Positions 51,031 through 64,000 of a stretch of 64,000 nt of DNA are shown here, one piece after another. The translations under genes and the position numbers were made by a program. Origin of the DNA: Octopus vulgaris. Lineage: Eukaryota. The notes under the pieces were generated by a model. That model was not told where the DNA came from. It was given only the letters and a program-made list of their open reading frames with translations, and ran no database searches. The DNA is taken from contig OX597818.1 in the NCBI GenBank assembly GCA_951406725.2, positions 23,064,001-23,128,000 on the forward strand. The letters are read 5' to 3'. Position 1 is the stretch's first letter. The number at the start of each line of letters is the position of its first letter.

Positions 51031-51729
51031 GTATGTTACTACTCATATTAACATAAACAATCATAACACTTGTGTTTGTCTGAAATGCTTGAGGTTTTCG
51101 GCGATTTTAGATTCGTATTGTCTTATTTATGTAAAAATCCATGCATAGGTCTGTAATAAATGCGCATAAGCACTGATGCTTCTTTCAAAGCACATAACTG
51201 TAAATGATTGTTTATATATATTGTGTTCGCAACACTTACATCTGTCCCTCTCACATTTATTTATTTATTTCCTTCGACGTGCTTCGCAGCACATCTCATT
51301 TTCTTCTCCTCTTCCATTAGCTGGATCATTCTGGTTCTCCCTGGCGAAGATCTGTTACATGTGACGCAGTTTGTTATCTGATTCCTTGACGGCCAGTTGG
51401 CACCTGAGATTCTTAGCGGCCTCTGGTTGCTCAGATTTCGCTCAGCCGCCATAAAGTGGTCCGATTGATCTGAAGGATATTAAGGCCTATTTTCTCGCAT
51501 TGTTTTAGCTTGTAAGATGAAGCCACCCCAGTGGCTATGCGGACAGAATATTTATTACTTCTTGTTTAGCTAAATTCCATCCTCTAACAAATAGACTACA
51601 TGCTCGCTTCCGTGAAGTAGTCCTTCCGTTGGGTCAGTAGTCCGGTATTTTTGTAGCTTGGTTGAACCAGGTCATACGCCCCGCTACCATAGCTACCGAA
51701 CAACCATTATGAGGTACTAAAGTAGGATT

Positions 51730-52170
51730 TCGCAACAGGTGATACAGGGTTCATAGTAAGGAAAGAATGGGCTTCGAGAATTGTTTATTGTCAATTGCCT
51801 TCATCATGCATCAAAATGCTAAACATTCATCTCTCAAAAAATGTCACCCAGAAGATCATCGAAACCTATGCTTCCTCAAATATGAACGAAGACAACGGAG
51901 TGGAAGAATTCTACCAAGAGTTAGGGAAAACGCTAGCTCACAAATCAACTTATATCCTAGTGATGGGTAATTTCAATACAAAGATTGGAAAAGGGACCAG
52001 GGCAACAGGGAGAGAAATATGATCGTAAGTTTGATTCAAATAAGAGGAAGAAAAGAAGATAATGTTTGGTTACCAAGGCAGGAAGCAATTTGGAAGGAGA
52101 TGGATCTGGATAGCCCTAAATGCTCAACACAAAAATAAAATTGACTACATCCTGGTCAATAAACAGGGCA
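51730..52170 (+). mobile_element. LINE apurinic endonuclease remnant (RTE-like)
   Basis: GFIVRKEW, VEEFYQELGKTL...ILVMGNFNTKIG, KIDYILV across frames. Confidence 0.75.
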
Positions 52171-52332
52171 TATTCAGGTTGGCACAGCAGTAGCACCATT
52201 TCATTGATTGTACCATGACATTTTATTTTGTTTAGTTTGTTATATCAACTACCAGTGTATGATATAAGTCTATTGAAACATAATTTATAAATAACAGCAG
52301 AATAGCAATTTTTTTCTTTCAGTTTTAGTTAC

Positions 52333-52713
52333 AGGCGCAGGAGTGGCTGTGTGGTAAGTAGCTTGCTAACCAACCACATGGTTCCGGGTTCAGTCCCACT
52401 GCGTGGCATCTTGGGCTATAGCCCCGGGCCGACCAATGCCTTGTGAGTGGATTTGGTAGACGGAAACTGAAAGAAGCCTGTCGTATATATGTATATATTA
52501 TATATATGTGTATGTGTGTTTGTCCCCCTACCATTGCTTGACAACCGATGCTGGTGTGTTTACGTCCCCGTCACTTAGCGGTTCGGTAAAAGAGACCGAT
52601 AGAATAAGTACTGGGCTTACAAAGAATAAGTCCCGGGGTCGATTTACTCGACTAAAGGCGGTGCTCCAGCATGGCCGCAGTCAAATGACTGAAACAAATA
52701 AAAGAGTAAAGAG
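52333..52713 (+). mobile_element. SINE family A
   Basis: Near-identical to 45097-45512 with a short internal deletion. Confidence 0.9.
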
Positions 52714-52821
52714 AGCTGGAGGGGATTTATTCAATGATATTGGTTTGAGAGGATGAGTAGGAGCACATGATTTTTTGTAGGGCTTTTGAGACTGGTGAAG
52801 AAAGGAGGCGGTTATCCTTAG

Positions 52822-53041
52822 CCCTTTAGCATTTAAACTGGCCATATCTGGCCCCAGTATTTTACTTATTTTATGTTCAAACTGGTCAAATACTTTTCCT
52901 TACACCTACCCTACAAAGGCATTTTAAAGATAAACAATCACATCATTGAAATCTTGGGGCTACAAGTTAAAGATGGTTAATTAAAAACAATGTAAATAAA
53001 TAAAAGATTATATTTGACAGAGTTATCTGAATGCTAAAGGG
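52822..53041. mobile_element. piggyBac-type MITE
   Basis: Perfect 12-bp TIR ccctttagcatt / aatgctaaaggg; flanks TTAG and TTAA. Confidence 0.8.
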
Positions 53042-53047
53042 TTAAAC

Positions 53048-53965
53048 CAGTGTTTCCCAAACTTTTTGCGCCAAATTGCAATATCGCCCACCTATAGACC
53101 AAAAATACTCTCTTGCCCACTTGAGTAAAAAAAAAAACCTGACACAACCCCCACCAACACTAAATCCCCTAGGAGAACCCCCCACTTCTATCATTTGACA
53201 TACACACTATATCGTAGACTCGTTTCCCGCTTAGTGCCATTTGGACTAAACATGCATAGTTTACAAATCCCTTATCGTGGGTTTAGTTTTGCCATTAATA
53301 TGAATAAAATTCCAACGTTAGTTCTATATTATGCAGCGGGTAAACTTGCGTTTTGTTTTACACTGAGTTTTATTTTTCCCAAATGAACCATTGATCAGAA
53401 CTACTGATGCAAAAATAATTAATGATTGTATCATAAAGGAAAAGAAAACTTAATGAGTACCATGTGTTTGGTGCGATACAACTAGTGCGGATACATTTGG
53501 TTTCAAACTTGTCAACTTTAGCTGCACGTCTCCTCATTGTGTCACATCCAGTCCAATTCTTTTGTGGGAAAGTAAAGTTCCAACATGTCTAAAACCGGAT
53601 TCAACCAGGTATAGGGTAGGGAAGGCAAGCAAAAGTAATTTCAGATGTTTCCGCTGACTGAGTTAGGAATTCAATATACTTTGATGCTCCTACAAACCGT
53701 TACCATTATGGTGATATCGCATTGTGGCGTCATTGTCATTTTATAATTCTATCAATTCCTCCTGAACGTCGTCCTCGCAATCGACTGCTTCGACCTCAAA
53801 CGGATTACTGTACCAATTTGGAATATTCAGCGCAATAACATCTTGAAATCGCTCCACCATGTCATCGTGCAATGATTGTAAATATTTGCGATATGTAGTT
53901 AAATCCTCATCAACCAATTCCTCTTCCAAAGAGTCAAGTTGTGGAAATTGATGGAATTGAATATT
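53048..53965 (-). mobile_element. hAT (Buster/Charlie-type) transposon end with transposase C-terminal remnant
   Basis: Terminus CAGTGTTTCCCAAACT at 53048. Minus strand reads QFPQL...DMVERFQD...PNWYSNPF...QEELIEL*...LLAFPTLYLVESGF...HQTHGTH*. Confidence 0.85.
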
Positions 53966-54257
53966 TTCAGTAATTTCCAGAAAATTTTTGCGAATGTGTA
54001 TTCTACACAAGGGCCTTCATACGATTATGCAAAAAAAAAAAAAATTGTGGCGGAGCGTGATTTAAGGCCTAGGCCTATTTGGCTGCTATTTTTAGCACGC
54101 ATGACAACCATCTCAATGACTGAGCGACAAAAATATTCGATCGATAAATAAGTCCGCTTTTTTAATACAAAGGGACATCTCATGTGAGTAAGAATTCGAT
54201 AAAAGAGCATCCTTATGCAGACTTAATTTCTAAAAATTCGGCATTCCTTCGATATAT

Positions 54258-54489
54258 ATTTCTTTACTACCCACAAGGGGTTAAACACAGAGGGGACAAA
54301 CAAGGACAGACAAACGGATTAAGTCGATTATATCGACCCTAGTTCGTAACTGGTACTTAATTTATCGACCCCGAAAGGATGAAAGGCAAAGTCGACTTCG
54401 GCGGAATTTGAACTCAGAACGTAACGGCAGACGAAATACGGCTACGCATTTCGCCCGACGTGCTAACGTTTCTGCCAGCTCACCGCCTT
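54258..54489 (-). mobile_element. MetaSINE-like element with TSD
   Basis: 17-bp flanking direct repeat ggcattc(c/t)ttcgatata at 54241-54257 and 54490-54506. Confidence 0.9.
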
Positions 54490-54619
54490 GGCATTCTTTC
54501 GATATAACTCGACAAAATCAAAACTCTTCACTTCGAGTGTTTCCGTGAAAAGCTGAAAAGCACGTGGTCAACTGTCGTGAAATGGGAGGAGGAGAAGAAA
54601 ACTAATGCGAACATGTTTC

Positions 54620-54623
54620 TCTG

Positions 54624-54681
<58 letters not shown>

Positions 54682-54790
54682 TGTGTGTGCTTGTTCCTGT
54701 ATCTGTGTGTTCGTGCTTGTTCTTTGTGTGTATGTGTGTGTGTGTGTGTGTGCGTGCGTGCTTGTTCTTGTTTTTGTGCGTGTGTGTGCC
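54620..54790. repeat. (CT)n/(GT)n compound microsatellite
   Basis: Directly visible. Confidence 0.95.
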
Positions 54791-54978
54791 TGTTCTGTTA
54801 TGTATTTATTTGTTGTGGAATATAGATATAACGAAATTATGCCAACAACGTCGCATTTTAAACTTGAAGAAAAAAATGCCTTGCATATTTGTTCTTACCT
54901 GCTTCATGTATAAGTACCAGTTTCAATTCATCTGCTACTGATGATACAAGAATTTCCGTATGAAGCTCTTCAAAGGAT

Positions 54979-56839
54979 CACGGCTGGATCAACCATTAAG
55001 CAAAATAAGCACATGCTCAGGGCATCAAGGGAAGTGGGGCGGGGCACCACAGAAATAGTAAATGGTGTACTTGGGTACTTAAAAAATGAACACCCTATTG
55101 AATGCTTTTTAACCTTTCAGGAATTGAACAGTCATACCAGTGTGGAAATGACAAATCAGGTGTTACAGTCATCATCATCATCATCGTTTAGCGTCCGCTT
55201 TCCATGCTGGCATGGGTTGAACAGTTCAACTGGGGTCTGGGAAGCCAGAAGGCTGCACCAGGCCCAGTCTGATCTGGTAATGTTTCTACGGCTGGATGCC
55301 CTTCCTAACGCCAACCACTCCATGAGTGTAGTGGGTGCTTTTTACGTGCCACCAGCACAGGTGCCAGACGAGGCTGGCAAACGGCCACGATCAGATGGTG
55401 CATTTTATGTGCCACCGGCACAGAGACCAGACGAGGCTGGCAACGGCCATGATCGGATAGTGCTTTTTATGTGCCACTGGCACGGAGGCCAGGCGAGACT
55501 GGCAATGGCCGTGATCGGATGGTGCTTTTTACGTGCCACTGGCACAGAGGCAGTCGGAGCAGTGCTGGCAATGGCCACGTTTGGATGGTCTCTTATGAGC
55601 CCCCGGCACTGGTATCATAGCTGTACTTATATGAAATTTGTAAGTTAAACTTTCCAAAATGTGGAGGCTAGTCTTATGATAATGTTGCTAAAATGTCTAG
55701 GAATTATAAGAGGATGCAACAAAAACCTTATAAACAAACAAGTTTGCTATATAAGTAACCTGTGCAACTTATTCACTGAATGTGGTAGGCTGAAATGCTG
55801 TTGACTGCTGTCAAGATTTCTTCTTTACAGTGCAGTTGCTTTATACCTATTTTTCAATCTCAACCAACTGGTGGAAAATTCTGAAAGGTTGTTTTAGAAA
55901 TGAAAGTGCTTTAAAATCCTTCTCTAATACCATATGGGAGGCACATGCTATGGCAACAGCAACCATTTTGAATTTTTTCCTAAAAATTTTGGAAGTGTTT
56001 AGACTGTAAAGATAAAGAACTGTCACAAAAGTGAAAAATCAAAAGTGAAGCAAATGATATTGCAAATAAGATGCAAGATCTAGAATTCATTTTTAAGATG
56101 AATTTTTGGAATGAAATTATGCAAAATTTTCATAGAGTTCTACAGATCGAGGATGTAAACTTAAAAACATGTACAGATTCGTATAGATCATTAACTGACC
56201 AACTGTACACTTCACAAATTGAATTTGAATGGTATGAAGCAGCTACAAAGGAAATGCTACAAGACATTGATTACAAAGCAGCACAAATTCACAACCATAT
56301 CAGGAAGAGGGCACCCAATAACAATGACAGAGATGCACTAGAAGTATATGTGATCACCAAAGATAAATTTCGTATCATTAGTGTGCCATAAATTTAGTGC
56401 CACAAAAAAAAAGTAAAACAAGATTCAGTCATACTGAACAGATGACAATATTGAGTGTATAGACATTATCTTTCATATATCTTTCTCAGCTGAGTGTTCA
56501 TTTTCTCAGTTGAACTATATTAAAAATCTCATCAGAACAACTATGCAACAAGGCCAGCTGACTGCTTTATCTCTATTAAGTATAGAAACAGATGAGGTAT
56601 GTGAGATTAATTTTGAGGATTTGGTCAAAGACTTAACAATTAAAAGAACCTTTTCAAATATAAACAGAGTGGAAGTTTACAAAAATAAACATTATTTTTC
56701 ATCTCATTGTTAGTTTCATTTCATTTTGAAAAATAAAAATTTATTTTATAGTCTATTGCTGTTTATATTTTAAATTACATATATATGGGGGCACCAAAAT
56801 CTTTTAAGTACTTAGGGTTAAGTACTTAATCCAGCTCTG
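54979..56839 (+). mobile_element. Internally deleted hAT (Tip100/ZMYM1-like) transposon with an RTE 3'-tail insertion at about 55170-55625
   Basis: TIRs cacggctggatcaa / ttaatccagctctg (11 of 14 match), 8-bp TSD caaaggat / ctaaggat, remnants SYDNVAKMS, FWNEIM, FSQLNYIKNLIRTTMQQGQLTALSLLSIE. Confidence 0.85.
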
Positions 56840-58023
56840 CTAAGGATGTTATGAATACTTACATGACAAGCTACAAATACTGCTAACTGTAATTCTCATT
56901 TTGCTGTTTTGCTACTAATTATAAAATGGCTTCATTAGTTTGTTGTGATGTGAGTAGTGCAACCAACTAGGAATTTGAACATCAGAACAAGATTGTGTTA
57001 CTTTTAAGTTGCTGAACAGTTAAGATGTTAATCTGTTGGATTAATATCCTGACACAATGCTGTCTTTCTGAAAAAGCACTTAACTCACAATGGTTAGGCC
57101 ACTTAACTCTAAGTACATGCTACGTACTAGCAGTATAACATGTTTTCATAGGCTGCAAAAATATACAATATGACTGTTGACACTTTCATTAGCTTGCAAT
57201 GTTAAAATCCTTTCTTAGATAAAACCTGCAGCATACTTTATACCCAGAGAAAAAGATGTCTTTTATCAGTGCAACATAGCCTCAAAAATAAGGGCCAGCA
57301 TGTTTTCTGAAGTACATAGACTGTCTGTCAGTGATTGTTACTGTACAAGATTATGTGAAGGAATATTCTGATGTCAGTAGGTTCAATATAGTGTTTTTCA
57401 CATTCACAGCACTCAAAATCATGTTCATTAATACTAGATTAATCATGAGCATAACAAGTTCCAACTTTCTCTAAAATCATACAAATAAAGTTTCATATGT
57501 ATAAAAATAAATAAGTTTGTGTGATCTGAGTCTGAAAAACAAGGTGTAATTGTCAAATTGTAGGTATTTCCCATTAAATATTTTATTAAAACATTTTAAA
57601 AATATATAAAAATTGCACAATCATATATCTTATAAGGTAACAGCAGTTATTCTTTATAGTATATTCTCTCTATTAGTACTAAACACATTGAAATTAAATG
57701 TTTAACTACTAGTGATGAAATTTTAAAAAAATCTTTATATATATAAACGGCAAAATGTTTGCATGTGTATCCTTTATACGAATACACAATTTTTCAGTTA
57801 GAGGGCTTGCACTTTCTATGGTCATTCAAAACCGTCCAAGTGTGGTCATGCACATCTTTACATTTCCCCAGTCACCCCGCAAAGCCATTAAAAAAAATCG
57901 ATACACCGACTCCTTATGTTTCAGGTAACAAAAGTCTTTAATACAAGGGACGTGACTCACCCCAGCAGTTTAATCTAAAGATATTAAACCATTGCAAAGG
58001 AAATAATTCTTTACATATATATA

Positions 58024-58249
58024 CTTCTTTACTACCCACAAGGGGCTAAACACAGAGGGAACAAACAAGGAGAGACAGACGGATCGAGTCGATTCCATCG
58101 ACCCCAGTGCGTAACTGGTACTTAATTTATCGACCCCGAAAGGATGAAAGGCAAAGTCAATCTCGGCGGAATTTGAACTCAGAACGTAACGGCAGACGAA
58201 ATACGGCTATGCATTTCGCCCGGCGTGCTACCGTTTCTGCCAGCTCGCT
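58024..58249 (-). mobile_element. MetaSINE-like element
   Basis: Reverse complement of 43603-43832. Confidence 0.88.
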
Positions 58250-58278
58250 GTCTTCTTTATATCTATGTGTGTATATAT

Positions 58279-58965
58279 ATCTATATATATAAAACTCAAC
58301 TTGTGTGTCTGTGTGTGTATCTGTGTGTGTGTCTGTGTGTTTAACTTCCCGGCACATCTCCTAGCCAACAAATCATAGAACCACCAAAAATGGGTCACTT
58401 AAAGTTTAGGCGAATGAAAATTGAACTGCGCTATTTCTGTTCCGAAATTCATCTCATAAGTGCAAAAATCGATAATGTGTTTCTTTAGGCCTTATCCCAT
58501 GCATTGAATAGTGAACTTTACTCAGTCAGCTGTTTGACGTGAACTGTGTTCACCATGCGTGCAAGCATGCGTAAATTGCATGAAAAATAAAAAATCAAGT
58601 TATAAAAACGAATCGCCGTAAACATTGTAGAAATTCGGCTAAGAAATGAATTTTCAGGATGTAGCCTGGAGGGTTTTTTCGTATTAATCGTTTGGACTTT
58701 GTGAACACATACCAATTGTTTTCATAACATTTTTAATGCTTTGAATTAAATGTGACCATTTTGCGTTGAGTCTGCAGTTTGAATCACTTTAACCAAATTT
58801 TAGCAGCCCGGATTTTTGATCATCACGATACATCGCTAGCGACTCCCTGAAACTCTTCCCTGAAATCCCCGTTGAGAAATCTCTTATATATATAATAATA
58901 CTTTGAATGTGACTCCTGAGAAAGAGTAAAAGTAATTATCCGATGAACAACGGGTATTACTGCTA

Positions 58966-58966
<1 letters not shown>
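58279..58966 (+). mobile_element. Non-autonomous Helitron
   Basis: TCTATATATATAAAA head, ccgatgaacaacgg hairpin, CTAG at 58963-58966. Confidence 0.65.
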
Positions 58967-59003
<37 letters not shown>

Positions 59004-59088
59004 ACACGCACATATATATATTATAGCCCCAGTTTTGTGAGTGGTTTTGTACTCAGAAACTGAAAGGAGTCTGTCATATATATATATA

Positions 59089-59864
59089 TCTATATATAAA
59101 ACTGAAATGTGTTTTTACCACTTGGATCGCTTTCAATGCCACTACGTCCCGTTCAATTCGCTCCAAAATTTGCAGGGACATGTAGAATGAGGTGACGATG
59201 CCCGTGGGCTACCTTAGAAATCCCTAGCTTAAAAGGTGTGGTTGTTAGGGGCCATCTTCCTCACTCACGCTATTTCCTCCATTACCCTCTCACTCCCCTT
59301 CATTTATAACTTTGACACTTCCACCCCGTTATTTAAAGTATCTGTCACTCTCGCTATTTCCTCTCTTTTTCACTCACTCTGTTTCCTACCTTCCTATCAC
59401 GTCGGTGTTCTTTTATGTATCTGTCTGTCACCAACAACACATGAGCATGAGAACAAATATTATGAATCAGATATTCTTGCGTTCTTGTGTGTGTGTGTTC
59501 TATATATAAATATGTATATATAATGTATGTGTGTGTGTGTGTGTTCTATATATAAATATGTATATATAATGTATATATACAAAGTGTATATATCTGTATT
59601 TATGTATATTAAACTTTTTCATACGTTTTCATAGTTATATATATTTTTAAACAAATTATAAATATAATTTTATAATTTTTATTTTCAATTTAAATAATTT
59701 CAATTTTTCAATTTTATATTTTATATATTTTCTATATTATATTTTTTTTTATGTTTTTGTTTTTTGGTTTTTCACTGTTTAATTTGCCTATTAGTGGTTT
59801 TATCTCTAATTTAATTTATACAGATATATATCTCATTTGAATACATTTGTATATATAATGCGTG

Positions 59865-59924
<60 letters not shown>

Positions 59925-61108
59925 CATTACGTAGTCAGTCGATTCAGCTGAAAATATGCACACCTATGTTAAAAGTGCTGGCAAGTTTGCATGACAACTA
60001 TTTTTTTCCTCAAATAAAGGCGTCACCCTTAGGACAAAATTCCTCATCTTATAAAATGTGGCCCCAGTAGACCCGAATGAAATCGGGTTATATTAACCAA
60101 AATGTGAAAAGTGGTCTAAATGGTGCTGGAAGGGGATTAAAATTTCAAGGAGCGGGTGTTTAGGAATTCTCTGTTACATCAAGCTAAAAAATTTGTGCCA
60201 GCCTTTTAATCGTCAGTGTGTTGCCGTCCATGATAAAGAAGTTTTGAATGCTTGCCATGGTGAGTCTACTGTCGTGAGAAAGAATCACTTCAAAACTTGG
60301 TGTTAACGAATTTTCTTTTACATCAAGTTCAAAATTTTACGCCAGCTGTTAAACTGTCAATACGTTGCTGTCCGTCGTTAAGAAATGCCGGCCATGGTGA
60401 CTCTACTATCCTCAGATTCTATCCCTTCAAACTTTGGTTTCCAATATTTTATTATTTTTATTCAGCTCGCAAGTTTGTCTGTCCCTTTTAAATGTTAGCG
60501 TTTTGCTGTCTGCCTTGAAGCAGACCTTTCCGTTGCCACTGCCTGATATTTATGATTGATCTTTCTAAATATTTTATTTCTCAACTTACTCAAGATCTTC
60601 TGTTGTTTATAAATGGGAGAGAGATAGATAAAGATAGAGAGTAAGAGAAAGCGAGGGAGAGTCCGAGAGAAAAGAAAAGTAAGAGAGTGGGAAAGTGAGA
60701 GAGAAAGGAGAGAGAAACAAAGACGGAGAATCATCATCATCATCATCGTTTAACGTCCGTTTTCTGTGCTAGCACGGGTTGGACAGTGTGACCGGGGTCT
60801 GGGAAGCCAGGAGGCTGCACCAGGCTCCAGTCTGATCTGGCAGTGTTTCGACAGGTGGATGACCTTCCTAACGCCAACCACTCTGTGATTGTAGTGGGTG
60901 CCTTTTTCGTGCTGCCGGCACAGGTGCCAGGGGGGCTCGTAGAGGCAACGATCGGTTGGTGCTTTTTACATGCCACCGGCACAGAAGCAAGTCAAGGCGG
61001 CGCAGCAATCGGCCACGTTTGGATGGTGCTTTTTACATGCTGAAAGGAAGCAACAGAAAGTAACAACCACACTCTTACCCGCGCGTAGAGCGGATCACCT
61101 ACAGCTAG
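59089..61108 (+). mobile_element. Non-autonomous Helitron, tandem unit 1
   Basis: TCTATATATAAAACTG head, ccgcgcgtagagcgg hairpin, CTAG end; carries an RTE-tail fragment at about 60732-61040. Confidence 0.85.
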
Positions 61109-61901
61109 TCTCTATATATAAAACTGAAATGCGTTTTTACCGCTTAGATCGCTTTCAATGCCACTACATCCCATCCGATTCGCTCCAAAATTTACAGGGA
61201 CATGTAGAATGAGGTGACGATGCCCGTGGGCTACCTTAGAAATCCCTAGCTTAAAAGGTGTGGTTGCTAGGGGCCATCTTCCTCACTCACGCTATTTCCT
61301 CCATTACCCTCTCACTCCCCTTCATTTATAACTTTGACAAGTTCACTCCTTTTATTTAAAGTGTCTGTCACTCTCGCTATTTCCTCCCTTTTTCACTCAC
61401 TCTGTTTCTTACCTTCCCATCAGATCGGCATTCTTTTATGTATCTGTCTGTCACCAACAACACATGAGCATGAGAACAAATATTATGAATCAGATATTCT
61501 TGCGTTCCTTTATATGTGTGTGTGTGTGTCTGTTCTATATATAAATATGTATATATAATGTATGTGTGTGTGTGTGTGTGTTCTATATATATATATATGT
61601 ATATATAATGTATATATACAAAGTGTATATATCTGTATTTATGTATATTAAACTTTTTCATACTTTTTCATAGTTATATATATTTTTAAACAAATTATAA
61701 ATATAATTTTATAATTTTTATTTTCAATTTAAATAATTTCAATTTTTCAATTTTATATTTTATGTATTTTATATATTATATTTTTTTTTACGTTTTTGTT
61801 TTTGGTTTTTCACTGTTTGATTTGCCTATTAGTGGTTTTATCTCTAATTTAATTTATACAGATATATATCTCATTTGTATACATTTGTATATATAATGCG
61901 T

Positions 61902-61982
<81 letters not shown>

Positions 61983-63171
61983 GTGTGCATTACGTAGTCG
62001 GTCGATTCAGCTGAAAATATGCACACCTATGTTAAAAGTGCTGGCAAGTTTGCATGACAACTATTTTTTTCCTCAAATGAAAGGCGTCACCTCTAGGACA
62101 AAATTCCTCATCTTATAAAATGTGGCCCCAGTAGACCCGAATGAAATCGGGTTATATTAACCAAAATGTGAAAAGTGGTCTAAATGGTGCTGGAAGGGGA
62201 TTAAAATTTCAAGGAGCGGGTGTTTAGGAATTCTCTGTTACATCAAGCTAAAAAATTTGTGCCAGCCTTTTAATCGTCAATGTGTTGCCGTCCATGATAA
62301 AGAAGTTTTGAATGCTTGCCATGGTGAGTCTACTGTCATGAGAAAGAATCACTTCAAAACTTGGTGTTTACGAATTTTCTTTTACATCAAGTTCAAATTT
62401 TTACGCCAGCCGTTAAACTGTCAATACGTTGCTGTCCGTCGTTAAGAAATGCCGGCCATGGTGACTCTACTATCCTCAGATTCTATCCCTTCAAACTTTG
62501 GTTTCCAATATTTTATTATTTTTATTCAGCTCGCAAGTTCGTCTGTCCCTTTTAAATGTTAGCGTTTTGCTGTCTGCCTTGAAGCAGACCTTTCCGTTGC
62601 CACTGCCTGATATTTATGATTGATCTTTCTAAATATTTTATTTCTCAACTTACTCAAGATCTTCTGTTGTTTATAAATGGGAGAGAGATAGATAAAGATA
62701 GAGAGTAAGAGAAAGCGAGGGAGAGTCCGAGAGAAAAGAAAAGTAAGAGAGTGGGAAAGTGAGAGAGAAAGGAGAGAGAAACAAAGACGGAGAATCATCA
62801 TCATCATCATCGTTTAACGTCCGTTTTCTGTGCTAGCACGGGTTGGACAGTGTGACCGGGGTCTGGGAAGCCAGGAGGCTGCACCAGGCTCCAGTCTGAT
62901 CTGGCAGTGTTTCTACAGGTGGATGACCTTCCTAACGCCAACCACTCTGTGATTGTAGCGGGTGCTTTTTTCGTGCTGCCGGCACAGGTGCCAGGGGGGC
63001 TCGTAGAGGCAACGATCGGTTGGTGCTTTTTACGTGTCACCGGCACAGAAGCACGTCAAGGTGGCGCAGCAATTGGCCACGTTCGGATGGTGCTTTTTAT
63101 GTGCTGAAAAGAAGCAACAGAAAGTAACAACCACACTCTTACCCGCGCATAGAGCGGGTCACCTTCAGCTA

Positions 63172-63172
<1 letters not shown>
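61109..63172 (+). mobile_element. Non-autonomous Helitron, tandem unit 2
   Basis: Direct head-to-tail copy of 59089-61108; hairpin cccgcgcatagagcggg, CTAG at 63169-63172. Confidence 0.85.
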
Positions 63173-63211
<39 letters not shown>

Positions 63212-64000
63212 TTGTGTTTTTGTGTGTGTGTTTATACCCCCACTATTGATTGGCAACTGATGTTGCAGTGTTTACATTCCCATAGATTTCGTCAAAATAC
63301 ACTGTTAGAATAGGTACTAGGCTTACAAAGAATAAATCCTGTAGTTGAATTTTTTCACATGACTGAAACAAGTAAAACAATAAAAAAACTATGCCATTTT
63401 AATCCCGAGCAAGGCCGGGTATCTCTACTAGTAAACAATAACTGGTTTTGCTGAAATGGCTTGGGTGGGATTATAAATAGCCTTATGTAAACTATATTTA
63501 GTCACATAGAAATCTACTGTAAACATATTGTCAAAAATGAAAAAGGAAAAAAAGAAAACTAAATGAATAAGTTAAATATTACTAAATTGTATTGACAATT
63601 ATTTGGTCAGTTGCATATTCAAAATATCTTTGTAGGTTTAACAAAATAATATTTGACAAAATCTCTTTTAAGCAGCTGAATTATAACAAAACAACTTTAA
63701 AAACGAATTTATTTGTTGTTGATTTAGGAAACAATGCTATCTTTTTGTTAACATTGCTAGATTTACCTGTTAAAAGAAGATTGTTTATAGCTTTAGCATC
63801 AAATTATAAAACAACAAATTCAAGGCTAAATTTGTTTTAAATAATAATGATGATAGTGGTAGTGTTGATGGCAGTGGTAGTGGCTATGAAGTGGAGAAGT
63901 GTGGTGGTGATAGTTCAGTTGGTGATGATCAGATAAATGAACCTTTGTCAAATTCCTTTAACCAGGCATAAAACTGATTTTAGCAGAGTATTTGGTTAAT

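Noticed and set aside
54941-55648. 235-aa ORF
   Set aside because: Chimeric read-through of a hAT transposase remnant into an antisense RTE tail; not a gene.

Overview
AT-rich, repeat-dense eukaryotic genomic DNA. The SINE, RTE-LINE and microsatellite content looks like octopus (coleoid cephalopod); this is inferred, not searched. The window holds a complete 15-coding-exon cystathionine beta-synthase (CBS) gene on the minus strand. I reconstructed it by hand: 1614 nt CDS, 537 aa, all introns GT-AG, ATG at 38934, TAA at 6162, with a probable non-coding first exon and CCAAT promoter near 50.9-51.0 kb. The last two exons of a convergent plus-strand gene (possibly C18orf21/UPF0711-like) lie at 722-3645. 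Introns and flanks are filled with SINEs, RTE and CR1 LINE fragments, hAT, piggyBac and Tc1 remnants, and Helitrons (including a head-to-tail tandem pair). Most unusual: (1) a decayed CRE-clade retroelement (PHD finger, RT, zinc knuckle, restriction-like endonuclease) bracketed by about 300-bp inverted repeats and a candidate TSD (44.66-48.85 kb); (2) several type I hammerhead ribozyme motifs in CBS introns, two sets of them in fold-back elements, one with a tRNA-like head and 13-bp TSD; (3) a frame-preserving Cys-rich candidate cassette exon just after the heme-binding exon. Most short ORFs in the supplied track are repeat or microsatellite noise. No database searches were run.
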